Origin: Victivallaceae bacterium
GTDB taxonomy: Bacteria > Verrucomicrobiota > Lentisphaeria > Victivallales > Victivallaceae
Assembly: GCA_045648225.1 (NCBI GenBank)
Contig: JAZRNP010000059.1
Span: 1 to 43,680 of the forward strand
DNA: 43,680 bases
Reading direction: 5' to 3'
The notes beneath the pieces are model-generated. The model saw only the letters and a program-made list of their open reading frames with translations, searched no databases and was not told where the DNA came from. Of this stretch, positions 24,744 through 35,156 are shown in pieces (position 1 is the first letter of the stretch; every line of letters begins with the position of its first letter). The position numbers and the translations under genes were made by a program.

Positions 24744-25553
24744 ATGTCATACTACATTTTTGAAAACATGGACAGTTACGATACACCGGCAAATGTCAAA
24801 CGCAGCTGGGTTTATAATCTGTTGTTCCGTAGCCGGTGGTATTTTTATTTTTATAATTTCGGCATTTTTATAAGAGCCGGTCTCGCTGGAAAGAGGGGTA
24901 AATTGGACAAGGAGGCCCAGATCCGTCTTTCCAGTGAAAATGTCGGACTCATTGAACGCATGGGCGGTAAAGTCCATGTCCGCGGTCTGGACAATCTGCG
25001 CAAATGCGCCGGAAAGCCGGCGGTTATCGTCGGCAACCACATGAGTCTGTTGGAAACTGCAATGATGCACGCCATTGTCCGGGAGCATCTGGATATCTCT
25101 TTTGTGGTGAAAAAATCTTTGTTGGAGATTCCGGTTTTCCGCCATATTCTGAAGTCACTGCATGCGATTCCGGTTTCAAGAACCAACCCCAGGGAAGATC
25201 TCAAAACGGTGCTTACAGAAGGTAAAAAAATGCTGGAAGCCGGTTGTACGATGATCGTGTTCCCGCAGTCTACCAGATCTGAAGTTTTTGATCCTGAACA
25301 GTTTAATTCAATCGGTATCAAGCTTGCCAAATCTGCCGGAGTTCCGGTGATACCGCTGGCACTCAAAACCGATTTTCTTTCCAACGGTAAAGTTTGCCGT
25401 GATCTCGGACCGGTGCATCCGGAAAATGAAGTGTATTACGAATTCGGCGAACCGATGATGATCGAAGGCAACGGACAGATTCAGCATCAGGCGGTGATCG
25501 ACTTTATCAGCGGTTGTTTTGAGCGTTGGCAGCAGGAGGATGCGGGGAAGTGA
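24744..25553 (+). CDS. Lysophospholipid (1-acyl-sn-glycerol-3-phosphate) acyltransferase family protein
   Basis: 269 aa. 'VGNHMSLLE' (HX4D/E block) and 'VFPQSTRS' (FPEGTR-like block). Confidence 0.7.
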   Translation: MSYYIFENMDSYDTPANVKRSWVYNLLFRSRWYFYFYNFGIFIRAGLAGKRGKLDKEAQIRLSSENVGLIERMGGKVHVRGLDNLRKCAGKPAVIVGNHMSLLETAMMHAIVREHLDISFVVKKSLLEIPVFRHILKSLHAIPVSRTNPREDLKTVLTEGKKMLEAGCTMIVFPQSTRSEVFDPEQFNSIGIKLAKSAGVPVIPLALKTDFLSNGKVCRDLGPVHPENEVYYEFGEPMMIEGNGQIQHQAVIDFISGCFERWQQEDAGK

Positions 25554-28156
25554 AATTTTTTCCGGGGACATTGAAATTTTTCTTTATCATTCTGGCGGTT
25601 GTGTGTGGTTCAATGCCGCTGCTTCGTGCTGCCAATGATGAGTTGAAAAATCTTTCACTTGACGATTTCAACCAGCTGCGGGCGGATTCCTGGCGGGTGG
25701 TTGGCAATAATGTGATTCTTGACGGTAATGTTTATATGCCGGTGAGAAACACCGAGGTTTTTGCTGATCGGGTGATCGTCAATATGAACAACCGGGATTT
25801 TGAAGCTTCCGGCAATGTCCGGGTTTACCGCTGGCGTGAAGTTTCCGGTCCCGCAACGCTTGATCGCATTGCCCAGCTGGAAAAGAGTGCCAATACTCTG
25901 GTGAAATCGGTCGCCGTTTCCCGGGATACTCTGGGGAACCGGATCTATACCGTAAAGGCGGTTCACCGTACTGATACGATCACCGCAGACCGGGTGTGCG
26001 GAAACTGGGACAGCTCCTATTTCCGTTTTGACAATGTCTCCTTCACCTACAACACCTTTGTCTGCCGGGCTGAATCAGCAGAACATCTGCCCAGCGGTGA
26101 GACCATATTGAAAAATGGTGAAGTCAGTGCCTGTAACTATCTGGAATCCAACAATGCCCACTATTCGGTGGCGGCATCCGAAATCAAATTGATACCCCAT
26201 GTTCAGCGTTTCTATGGTATTGAACACGCTGATTTTGACAAAGGTGACCGGACCATACTTCTGACCAACGGTTTTGCCAAAATTTACGGAGTACCTATCT
26301 TGTGGCTGCCGTTTTTCTGGAAGCCCAAAGACGAGGATATCGGTCTGTGCAATGCCACCTGGGGAAGTTCGAGCGACTGGGGATACTATCTGCGGCTGGG
26401 CAAGCGTTTCCGGTTCGGTGATTATCCGTCATTCAATGTCAAACTGATGACCGATCTGTTTCAGGATCGCGGTGTCGGTTACGGTGTGACCGGAAATATC
26501 GCTACCGAAGAGAGCCATACCAACTTTTTTGCTTATGCGATCTACGATCAGGATCGTTACGCCTCGGATGATTACTACAAGTACCGGATAAAAGTTCCCA
26601 AGTACCGTTATAATTTCCGGGTGAGCAATCTTACCCATATCACTCCGCGTTTGGATTTCCGCGGGGTTCTTGAGCATTCCAGCGACCCCTATTTGCGGCG
26701 GGATTTTTTCACTGCGGACTATGAAAATGATCCTCAGCCGGCAACATTTATGGCATTGGAACAGCAGTTCGACCGTTTGAGTGCGGCGTTGTATGCACGT
26801 TTCCGGATCAATGATTTCTACACGACGGTCGAACGTTTGCCGGAAGTGCGGATCGATTTGCCCCGTCAGGAGATTTTCAATACCGGAATCTATTATCAGG
26901 GTGATTTGTCGGCGACCAAATTCCGCATGAAGTGGACCGAATTTGACTCTTATGTGCCGGGATATTCCAGATTGCGGGATTACGAAGCGTTCCGTTTTAA
27001 CATGACCCACTTCCTTTACTATCCGGTATCCAATCGTTATTTCAGCTTTGTGCCGCGTGCGGGGGTCGGGTTAACCACCTATTCCGACAGCAGCAAACAG
27101 GCGGTTTCCGAGCACGATCTTGCCACGATGATTTCGGCATCCAAACCTCAGAGTTCCGGTAAGTACCACTTCAAAAGTTACGATGACAAGGGCGGTTCCA
27201 AAGTCCGTTTCGCTGCGGAAGCCGGCTTTGAATTGTCAACTAAGATCCACAATACCTGGCAGCATATCCGCAGTCCGTTTTTCCAGCTTGACGGTTTGCG
27301 CCACATTATGCAGCCTTATTTGAATTACACCTACATCAGCAAACCGACCGAAGATCGGGAGAATATCTATTATTTTGACGAAATCGACCGTCTGGATGAG
27401 CAGAATTTTGTCCGGTTCGGTTTGATCAACCGTTTGCAGACCAGATCCGGAAACGGTATCGGAGAAGTTTTCTTTATGGAGAACTTCTGGGATTTGCATT
27501 TGCAGAAGCAGGACGGTTTGAGCCGGGTCGGCAACCTCGGAACGATACTCCGGTGGAAAATATTCAAGGGACTTTCTCTCCACACCCGCTTCCTGATGGA
27601 TATAAGCGGTGACGGCGAAGTTGCTGACACCTACCGCAACGGACGCAATGCCGGAAAAACCGGACTGGCTCTCAAGTGGTTGAATCAGTGGAATATCGGA
27701 ATTGATTATGTTCCGGCTCCGGATTGGAAATTTACCTTCTCCTACAACTATCTGCGTCCCTACTCCACCCGGAGTGCCTATTCCATGGGTTCGACACTGG
27801 CCCAGATCAATGCGACCAGTTACTTTATCAGAGAGTATGATGAACGCAATGAAACATTTTCTTTCGGCTTGGATTTCCCGGTCACTCCTGACCGGCGTAC
27901 ATTGGGATTTTTCCGTTTCTCCTACGAGGTCGAACAGGGCAGTATAGATGTGGTCAAACTGACATTGCTGCACCAATTCCACTGTTGGCAGTTGATCGGT
28001 TCGATTGCTGTGGAGCGGGATTATGACGAAAGAGACTGGGATTTCAACTATTCGATCCAGGCAAATCTGACCGGATTGAATCCCCGTTTGAACAATGTAC
28101 AGAACCGGGTGCTGCGGGGATTGGAAGACTCCGCCATGTCCGGATTTACCTTTTGA
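25550..28156 (+). CDS. lptD: LPS-assembly outer-membrane protein LptD (OstA family)
   Basis: GTG 25550 sits in a GTGA overlap with the upstream stop, 9 nt after AGGAGGA. Signal peptide. OstA-like 'VILDGNVYMPVRNTEVFADRVIVNMNNRDFEASGNVRVY'. The C-terminal ~700 aa is aromatic-rich and barrel-like. Confidence 0.7.
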   Translation: MKFFPGTLKFFFIILAVVCGSMPLLRAANDELKNLSLDDFNQLRADSWRVVGNNVILDGNVYMPVRNTEVFADRVIVNMNNRDFEASGNVRVYRWREVSGPATLDRIAQLEKSANTLVKSVAVSRDTLGNRIYTVKAVHRTDTITADRVCGNWDSSYFRFDNVSFTYNTFVCRAESAEHLPSGETILKNGEVSACNYLESNNAHYSVAASEIKLIPHVQRFYGIEHADFDKGDRTILLTNGFAKIYGVPILWLPFFWKPKDEDIGLCNATWGSSSDWGYYLRLGKRFRFGDYPSFNVKLMTDLFQDRGVGYGVTGNIATEESHTNFFAYAIYDQDRYASDDYYKYRIKVPKYRYNFRVSNLTHITPRLDFRGVLEHSSDPYLRRDFFTADYENDPQPATFMALEQQFDRLSAALYARFRINDFYTTVERLPEVRIDLPRQEIFNTGIYYQGDLSATKFRMKWTEFDSYVPGYSRLRDYEAFRFNMTHFLYYPVSNRYFSFVPRAGVGLTTYSDSSKQAVSEHDLATMISASKPQSSGKYHFKSYDDKGGSKVRFAAEAGFELSTKIHNTWQHIRSPFFQLDGLRHIMQPYLNYTYISKPTEDRENIYYFDEIDRLDEQNFVRFGLINRLQTRSGNGIGEVFFMENFWDLHLQKQDGLSRVGNLGTILRWKIFKGLSLHTRFLMDISGDGEVADTYRNGRNAGKTGLALKWLNQWNIGIDYVPAPDWKFTFSYNYLRPYSTRSAYSMGSTLAQINATSYFIREYDERNETFSFGLDFPVTPDRRTLGFFRFSYEVEQGSIDVVKLTLLHQFHCWQLIGSIAVERDYDERDWDFNYSIQANLTGLNPRLNNVQNRVLRGLEDSAMSGFTF

Positions 28157-28173
28157 AGAAAGTGACATGATCA

Positions 28174-29985
28174 ATGGCTGAACTCAAACGCATAAGAAAT
28201 TTTTGTATCATCGCCCATATCGACCACGGCAAATCCACCCTCGCCGACCGGATGCTGGAAATTACCGGTACCGTCGCCAAGCGCGATTTGCAGGAACAGC
28301 TCCTCGACGGAATGGATCTGGAACGGGAACGGGGAATTACCATCAAATCTCACCCGGTTCGTATGCAGTATGATCCCGGTGACGGAATTACCTATGAACT
28401 TAACCTGATCGACACTCCGGGACACGTCGACTTCGCTTATGAAGTCAGCCGCAGTTTGAGTGCCTGCGAAGGTGCAATTCTGCTGATCGATGCCACGCAG
28501 GGCGTGCAGGCGCAGACCGTTGCCAATGTCAATCTGGCCTTTAATCAGGGATTGAAAGTTATTCCGGTGATCAACAAGATCGACTTGCCGGCAGCCAATT
28601 TGTCCATGTGCTATGAGCAGATGGAGGAGATCCTGGCTCTGCCCCGGGAGGAAGCGTTGAGTGTTTCCGGTAAGACCGGCGAAGGTGTCGCCGAACTGCT
28701 CAAGGCAATAATTGAACGCATTCCGGCTCCGGAAGTCGATGATGAAGAGGGGGCGGCAGCGTTGGTGTTTGATTCCCGGTACGATACTTTCCGGGGAGTG
28801 GTGAACTTTGTGCGGGTTCGCCGGGGCGTTTTCAAACGGGGAACCCGGATCCGGCTTTTCTCCAACGGCATTGAAAGCGAGTTGAAAGAGGTTGGATTTT
28901 TCAATCCCAAAATGCACCCGGATGATACTCTTGAACCCGGCAGCGTGGGATATTTCATCCCCAACTTGAAAACCCCCTCTGACACCCGGGTTGGCGATAC
29001 TATGACCGACACCATGCAGCCGTGCGCTGAACCGCTGCCAGGATTCCGGGAGGTTCGTCCGATGGTATTCAGCGGTATTTATCCTATTGACACCGACGAT
29101 TACGATCAGTTAAAGGCGAGCATGGCGAAACTTCAGCTGAACGATGCGGCATTTTTCTATCAGGCAGAGAGTTCAGCGGCATTGGGATTCGGTTTCCGCT
29201 GCGGCTTTTTGGGATTGCTCCACATGGAGGTGATTCAGGAACGGCTGCGCCGGGAATACAATATGGATATTCTGGCGACCTATCCGTCGGTGATCTACAA
29301 GGTCTATATGAAATCCGGCGAAGTGCTGGATATCGACAACCCCATCCATCTGCCCGATCCCAGCGGTATTGAACAGATCGAAGAACCGATCATCAACTGC
29401 CATTTGATGATTCCGAGCAACTATATCGGTGATGTGATGAATCTTATCATGGGCAAGCGCGGCTTGTGTACCGATACCGCCAGTGTCGATGCCAACCATG
29501 TTATTATCACCGCAGAAATGCCGATGCACGAAATATTGATCGACTTCCACGATAAATTGAAATCGATCACCCGCGGCTACGGCAGTATGGATTATGAACC
29601 GGCCGGTTACCGGGCCGGAAAGCTGGTCAAACTGGATGTGCTGGTCAATGGTGACCCGGTGGATGCATTCAGCAGTATCGTCCATGTGGATATGGCTTAT
29701 GAACGGGGACGGCAGATCTGCGAAAGATTGAAAGATGCCATTCCGCCGCAGCAGTTCCAGATCGCCATTCAGGCGGCGATCGGCGGCAAGGTCATCGCCC
29801 GGGAAACCATCCGTCAGCTGCGTAAAAACGTGCTTGCCAAGTGCTACGGCGGTGATATCACCCGTAAACGCAAACTGTTGGAAAAACAGAAAGAGGGTAA
29901 GAAGCGGATGAAACTCATCGGTCAGGTGAATATTCCGCAGGAGGCGTTTGTTGCAGTATTGAAAGCACAGGACATCAATCAGTGA
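28174..29985 (+). CDS. lepA: Translation elongation factor 4 (LepA)
   Basis: 603 aa. 'IRNFCIIAHIDHGKSTLADRML', 'DTPGHVDF', 'NKIDL', and the LepA-specific C-terminal domain. Confidence 0.97.
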   Translation: MAELKRIRNFCIIAHIDHGKSTLADRMLEITGTVAKRDLQEQLLDGMDLERERGITIKSHPVRMQYDPGDGITYELNLIDTPGHVDFAYEVSRSLSACEGAILLIDATQGVQAQTVANVNLAFNQGLKVIPVINKIDLPAANLSMCYEQMEEILALPREEALSVSGKTGEGVAELLKAIIERIPAPEVDDEEGAAALVFDSRYDTFRGVVNFVRVRRGVFKRGTRIRLFSNGIESELKEVGFFNPKMHPDDTLEPGSVGYFIPNLKTPSDTRVGDTMTDTMQPCAEPLPGFREVRPMVFSGIYPIDTDDYDQLKASMAKLQLNDAAFFYQAESSAALGFGFRCGFLGLLHMEVIQERLRREYNMDILATYPSVIYKVYMKSGEVLDIDNPIHLPDPSGIEQIEEPIINCHLMIPSNYIGDVMNLIMGKRGLCTDTASVDANHVIITAEMPMHEILIDFHDKLKSITRGYGSMDYEPAGYRAGKLVKLDVLVNGDPVDAFSSIVHVDMAYERGRQICERLKDAIPPQQFQIAIQAAIGGKVIARETIRQLRKNVLAKCYGGDITRKRKLLEKQKEGKKRMKLIGQVNIPQEAFVAVLKAQDINQ

Positions 29986-29989
29986 TGAA

Positions 29990-30075
29990 CTTTGGGGGAA
30001 GGGAAAAACTTTTTTTCACGAGAAGAAAAGTTTTTCCCTTCCCCCAAACCCCCATCCTTTTTCAAAAAAAGCGGA
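29990..30075. repeat. Solo, inverted copy of the pseudopilin-leader element; forms a 27-bp near-perfect hairpin
   Basis: 29990-30047 reads TTTGGGGGAAGGGAAAAACTTTTTTTC-ACGA-GAAGAAAAGTTTTTCCCTTCCCCCAAA (one G-U pair, tetraloop). The reverse complement of 29990-30075 aligns by eye at about 75-80% with 14700-14785 and 15917-16005. Confidence 0.85.
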
Positions 30076-30114
30076 GTATATTGGGCAACAATATTTTAAG
30101 GAGATTGATGATTT

Positions 30115-31509
30115 ATGCGTTGGTTTGGTTGTTTAGTGGCAATAGTGTTTGTACTTTTTCAAGGATGTGATATGATGGAAATGTCCTATACGGTTTCCGA
30201 TGCTCCGCATGGAGTCGCCCCGATTGTGGAAAATGTGTCCCCGGCAGTTGATACTCCGGCACCCACGATCCAAAATTCCGTATTCGATCCCAATAACTAT
30301 TCCGGAAGCGACATTGAACGTATCAATGCCGCATTGAAAGATGCCGGAAGCTGCAACGGGACCGTCCGTATCGGCAAACGCCGTCCGGTGATCCAGTTCA
30401 ACGGCGGCAACGGTATCAGCACGATGGAGGAACGGGACATCTGGGTGATTGATTCAGCGGTACTGGTTCCGGGCAATGTCCACCTTATCATCGACAACAC
30501 CACCATTAAACTGAGCAATATCTGCCGGGACAATATGATCCGCAGTGCCAATTGCGGTTTGAATTGCAACACCGTTTCACCGCTGAAAAATATCCGCATT
30601 ACCGGTATCGGCAATGCGATACTTGAAGGCGCAGATATTCCCCGCTCCACCGGAGACGGCGGCAAGCCGCTCTACAAGCCGGGAGTTGTCCCTGAAGGAC
30701 CGGTAAGTTTCGGCAGTGATGCCGGAAAAGCCGGAGAATACCAGAAAGGCGACTGGCGCAATATCGGGATCCTGTTGGTCAAAGTCGATGGTTTTTCCAT
30801 TGAAAACCTGACCATACGGGATTCGCACTGCTGGGCGATTTCGCTTGAAACGTGTACCAACGGCCGGGTCCGGGATATCGAATTTGATTCCAGCAACGGC
30901 AAGATGGTCAACGGTAAATGGGAACTTTTCCGCAATCAGGACGGGCTTGATCTGCGCCGGGGATGCCGGGATATACTTATTGAAAATATCACCGGCAAAT
31001 CCGGAGATGATCTGATCGCACTTACTGCGATCCCCACCAAACCGCGCCCTGCCGGAAACATGGCATCCACTGCGATGCTCGGCGGCGATGAAAAAATTTC
31101 CGATGGTGATGTCTGTAATATCACCATCCGCAATGTTCGCGGATATTGTGCCGGCGGTCATCATATCGTTCGTTTTCTCAATACTAAAGGTGTGAAACTT
31201 TTCAATATCATCCTTGATGGTGTGATCGACACCTCTCCTGCCGGACACCGGAACAGAGCCACAGTCAAAATCGGTGACAATAATAAGAATTGGGGCGGCG
31301 TCACTCCGCTGGGTGATACCTACGCAATTCAGATCAGCAATATTTACAGCTATTCTAAAGATCCGGTGCTGATCGCCGGAAGTTTGCAGGATTCCACTGT
31401 CAGCAATGTGATAAATCACAATCCGGAAACGACTCCGGTGGTCTTTCAATCCGGCTCACAGTATGTCAAAAACTGCGTTATCAGCAATACGCTGACGGTC
31501 GGAAAATAA
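30115..31509 (+). CDS. Right-handed beta-helix lipoprotein, GH28 (polygalacturonase)-like
   Basis: AAGGAG SD. Lipobox 'LFQGC'. 'NQDGLDLRRGC' and 'GKSGDDLIAL' resemble the GH28 NTDG and G-DD motifs. The sequence is repetitive and beta-helix-like. Confidence 0.6.
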   Translation: MRWFGCLVAIVFVLFQGCDMMEMSYTVSDAPHGVAPIVENVSPAVDTPAPTIQNSVFDPNNYSGSDIERINAALKDAGSCNGTVRIGKRRPVIQFNGGNGISTMEERDIWVIDSAVLVPGNVHLIIDNTTIKLSNICRDNMIRSANCGLNCNTVSPLKNIRITGIGNAILEGADIPRSTGDGGKPLYKPGVVPEGPVSFGSDAGKAGEYQKGDWRNIGILLVKVDGFSIENLTIRDSHCWAISLETCTNGRVRDIEFDSSNGKMVNGKWELFRNQDGLDLRRGCRDILIENITGKSGDDLIALTAIPTKPRPAGNMASTAMLGGDEKISDGDVCNITIRNVRGYCAGGHHIVRFLNTKGVKLFNIILDGVIDTSPAGHRNRATVKIGDNNKNWGGVTPLGDTYAIQISNIYSYSKDPVLIAGSLQDSTVSNVINHNPETTPVVFQSGSQYVKNCVISNTLTVGK

Positions 31510-31574
31510 AATCGATCTCCGATACCGTTCCCATTGGCGAACAAAGCAATGGCAGGATGGTCGCATGATAACAG

Positions 31575-31618
31575 AAAAGCGGCAGGTGATGTGAAGTTCA
31601 CAGGAGCTGCCGCTTTTT
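31575..31618. terminator. Bidirectional terminator between the convergent GH28-like and trpS genes
   Basis: AAAAGCGGCAG-[..TGTGAA-G-TTCACA..]-CTGCCGCTTTTT, with A/T tracts on both sides. Confidence 0.65.
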
Positions 31619-31658
31619 CAATTGGCGCATACAGTTGACTGATGCGCATTATCCGTTA

Positions 31659-32621
31659 TTAAAGCAAGCCGACAGCGGTGCGGACTTTGCTCAAAAGTTT
31701 TTCGGCTTCTTCCCGGGCGCGTTCGCCATTTTTGCGGAGGAGTTCTTCGACATAGTCAAGATTGGCGGCGAGTTCTTCGCGTTTTTTCCGCATGGGTTCG
31801 AAGAAGCTCCACATTTTGTCAAAGAGTTCTTTTTTGGCATGTCCGTAACCGTAGTTGCCGGCACGGTAGTTGGCTTTCATCGCTTCAACTTCGGCATCTG
31901 AAGCAAAGAGTTTGAAGAGAGCCACCACGTTGCAGTTTTCCGGGTCTTTGGGTTCTTCCAGACCCTTGCAATCGGTGACGATGCTCATCACCTGTTTTTT
32001 GATCTCCTTTTCTTTGCCGAAAATGGGGATGGTGTTGTTGTAGCTTTTGGACATTTTCTGGCCATCTATTCCGGGAACGATTGCCACCTGATCGGGGATG
32101 TATCCTTCGGGGATGGTCAGGATGTCGCCGTATTCGTTGTTGAATTTGATGGCGATATCCCGGGTGATCTCCAGATGCTGTTTCTGATCTTTACCGACCG
32201 GCACCAGATTTGCACTGTAGAGCAGGATATCGGCAGCCATCAGTACCGGATATGAGAACAGTCCGTTATTGGGAGCAAAACCTTTGGCGATTTTGTCTTT
32301 GTAACTGTGGGCGCGTTCGAGCAGACCGACCGGGGTAACGGTATTGAGGATCCAGGCCAGTTCGCAAACTTCCGGAACGGCGGACTGCCGGAAAAAGACC
32401 GTTTTTTCCAAATCCACGCCGCAAGCGATGAAATCGAGAGCTAGATTGGTGATTCTGGAACGCAGATCTTCGGCTTTGGGGTTGGTGGTCAGTGAATGGT
32501 AATCAGCGATAAAGAGGAAGCTTTCGCCTTTTCCCTGCAGATCGCAGACCTGGCGCATGGCTCCGAAATAGTTTCCGAGGTGAGGGATTCCGGAGGGTTG
32601 AATACCGGTTAAAATACGCAT
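31659..32621 (-). CDS. trpS: Tryptophan--tRNA ligase
   Basis: 'ILTGIQPSGIPHLGNYFGA' (HIGH-type motif) and 'KMSKS'. ATG 32621 lies 8 nt after GGAGA, while the longer start at 32636 lacks an SD. Confidence 0.93.
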   Translation of the reverse strand: MRILTGIQPSGIPHLGNYFGAMRQVCDLQGKGESFLFIADYHSLTTNPKAEDLRSRITNLALDFIACGVDLEKTVFFRQSAVPEVCELAWILNTVTPVGLLERAHSYKDKIAKGFAPNNGLFSYPVLMAADILLYSANLVPVGKDQKQHLEITRDIAIKFNNEYGDILTIPEGYIPDQVAIVPGIDGQKMSKSYNNTIPIFGKEKEIKKQVMSIVTDCKGLEEPKDPENCNVVALFKLFASDAEVEAMKANYRAGNYGYGHAKKELFDKMWSFFEPMRKKREELAANLDYVEELLRKNGERAREEAEKLLSKVRTAVGLL

Positions 32622-32782
32622 TGTGTTATTCTCCATATTATAAATCAGTTATTATTCATTTCTTGTGACAAATCAGACGGACCGCAATGCACCGCCGAAT
32701 GCAGCAATGTTACATGTATGTATCAGTTGCAATAGCCCCATATTTTACAAAAATTTAAACATTACCTGAAAAATAAATCAGT

Positions 32783-33937
32783 TCAAAAAAGAAGTTTTGC
32801 CCCGTCGCCGATGGAACAGATAAAGGTTTGCGGGGTGATGCCGGTCTGAAGTTTGTAAGCGGCAGCGATACGCTCGGAATAACGTTCCGCTTCAGAGGAT
32901 TCCACCAGATGGATGGTTATTCCCCCGAAGCCGCCGCCGGAAAGTCTGGCTCCGATGCATCCCGGAATTGAACGGGAAAGTTCCACCAGATAATCGAGTT
33001 CCGGAGTGCTGTTTTCAAAATTCACCCGGCTGGATTCATGAGAATCGTACAGCAGCTGTCCGAATTCGGCCATCATGCCGTTTCGCAAAATTGAAACCGA
33101 CTGCTGTACCCGGGAACATTCATTGACGACATGACGGGCGCGTAAAAGTTCCAGACGGGAAAGTTTGCCGGCGGCATTTTCCAGCATTTGCGGAGTTACA
33201 TCGCGCAAGGTTTTCACTTCCGGATAGATCGCAGCCAATTTTGCGGCGGCACTTTCACAGTTTTCCCGTCGGGTGTTATAGTCGGAGTCGACCAGATTAT
33301 GTTTTTTCATGGAATTGACCACGACAAATACGAAGCCTTGCTGCAGCGGCAGAGTATCGATCACTTCAACCGAACGGAAGTCGCTCATGATGATATTATC
33401 CGCTTTGCCGAAAAGTGAACTGAACTGATCGAGCAATCCGGTTTTGAGTCCGAGGAAATTGTTTTCGACCCCCTGTCCGGCCCGGGCCCATTCGGTACGA
33501 TCCAATTCAAAGCCGAAGGCCTTGCCCAGAGCCAAGCCGGCAGCTGTTTCCAATGCGGCGGAACTGGACATCCCGGCAGAAAGTGGTACTTCGCTGTCCA
33601 GACCGGCCACGAAACCGGTGAATTTTGCGCCCCGTTTGCGCATTTCATTCATCATTCCGATAATGTAGGCACTGCCGTTTTTGGGCGGCGGATTATCCAT
33701 CGCATCCAGAGAGAACTCCATCACCTCTTTGGAACGGAAGTCCACCACCTGGCACCGGGTCGATTCCGGGCGTCGGGCCAACAGGAAGCGGGTATTCTGG
33801 CCCACGGCACAGGAGAGGACGAAACCTTCATTGTAATCGGTATGGTTGCCCAGCACTTCCAAGCGTCCGGGAGCTGCGGCGGCAGTTTCCGGTGGAGTGC
33901 CGAAAAATTCAGTAAACTTTTCAATAAGCGTGTTCAT
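32783..33937 (-). CDS. galK: Galactokinase
   Basis: 'GRLEVLGNHTDYNEGFVL' galactokinase signature and the GHMP motif 'PLSAGMSSSAALE'. Confidence 0.93.
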   Translation of the reverse strand: MNTLIEKFTEFFGTPPETAAAAPGRLEVLGNHTDYNEGFVLSCAVGQNTRFLLARRPESTRCQVVDFRSKEVMEFSLDAMDNPPPKNGSAYIIGMMNEMRKRGAKFTGFVAGLDSEVPLSAGMSSSAALETAAGLALGKAFGFELDRTEWARAGQGVENNFLGLKTGLLDQFSSLFGKADNIIMSDFRSVEVIDTLPLQQGFVFVVVNSMKKHNLVDSDYNTRRENCESAAAKLAAIYPEVKTLRDVTPQMLENAAGKLSRLELLRARHVVNECSRVQQSVSILRNGMMAEFGQLLYDSHESSRVNFENSTPELDYLVELSRSIPGCIGARLSGGGFGGITIHLVESSEAERYSERIAAAYKLQTGITPQTFICSIGDGAKLLF

Positions 33938-33955
33938 ATTAAAATTCTCCGGGAA

Positions 33956-35131
33956 TTACATAAAACAGATTCGGGAAATGCACTGGTCAAAACTTTCTTT
34001 ACCGCTCAAAATATCGATCTGGATACGCAGATAGTAAACCGGTATTTTGCAGTTTTCGATAAACGGTATGCGAACGGCATCTTTTTCGGTGGTGACGATC
34101 ATTTCAGCTCCGGCTTTTTGAGAAGCGTCAATAAAATCGGTGATCTCTTTTGCGGTATAGCGGTGGTGATCGGCGAAGTGATCTCTGGCGACCAGATCGG
34201 CACCGAGCTGTTCGAGGAAGCTTTCAAAGCTCGCCGGTCGGGCGATAGCGGAAAGTGCCGCCACTTTTTTCCCTTTGAGGAAATCCAGAGGAAACTCATC
34301 GTGATCGGAGAAAAGTTTCACCAGATGCTGCGGTTTGTGGCAGCATTCAATGATCTCCGCCCGGCGGGTGTGGCGGCGCAGGAAACGTTTCAGATGCTGA
34401 TTTTTATGAGTTCCATCCGATTTGGTCAGAAATATATAATCCGCCCGGCGGATATTTTTGATCGGCTCCCGCAGAATGCCCCGGGGCAGCACATGACCGT
34501 TGCCGAAAGGATCGGTCGAATCCACCAGTACGATATTGATATGCGGTTTCAGACGCAGATATTGAAACCCGTCATCCAGAATGATCACATCAGTTTCAAA
34601 TTCATTGATCGCATGGATTCCGGATTTGACCCGGTCTTTGTCCACAACAACGGCGACTCCTTTGAGATTGGAGGCGAGCATATAGGGTTCATCTCCGGCG
34701 TGTTCACTGTCCATCAGCAACTTTTTTCCATCGGAAACCACTTGCGGCGGCAGTTCCATCTCTCCGGAATGAAACGCATGAACCATTTTTTCCCAGAACG
34801 TTCGCTTTTTTCTCCGGTATCCCCGGCTCAAAATGGCAACTTTTCGGCCCTTGGCAGAAAGCGACCGGGCAAAGACCTCCACAACCGGAGTTTTACCGGT
34901 TCCGCCGCAGCTCAAATTGCCGATACTGACGACCAGACAGCCCAGAGCCTGATTCCGGATGACCCGTTTGTCGTAGAGCCAATGGCGGAACTGCATTGCC
35001 ATCCGGTAAAAACGGGAGGCGACAAAAAGTATGCACACCATGACCCGGTCGGGCCAGCGTCGCCGCTTGCCTGCCATAAGATCAAGGAAGTACTGTTCAA
35101 GTTCTTCTGCGCTGAATTTGAATTTGTGCAT
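33956..35131 (-). CDS. lpxK: Tetraacyldisaccharide 4'-kinase
   Basis: '[18 protein letters not shown]' P-loop typical of LpxK. I prefer ATG 35131. The ORF-track start 35167 is a TTG that overlaps the upstream gene. Confidence 0.88.
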   Translation of the reverse strand: MHKFKFSAEELEQYFLDLMAGKRRRWPDRVMVCILFVASRFYRMAMQFRHWLYDKRVIRNQALGCLVVSIGNLSCGGTGKTPVVEVFARSLSAKGRKVAILSRGYRRKKRTFWEKMVHAFHSGEMELPPQVVSDGKKLLMDSEHAGDEPYMLASNLKGVAVVVDKDRVKSGIHAINEFETDVIILDDGFQYLRLKPHINIVLVDSTDPFGNGHVLPRGILREPIKNIRRADYIFLTKSDGTHKNQHLKRFLRRHTRRAEIIECCHKPQHLVKLFSDHDEFPLDFLKGKKVAALSAIARPASFESFLEQLGADLVARDHFADHHRYTAKEITDFIDASQKAGAEMIVTTEKDAVRIPFIENCKIPVYYLRIQIDILSGKESFDQCISRICFM

Positions 35132-35156
35132 AAAATTTCTTTCTGTACCGGAAATT

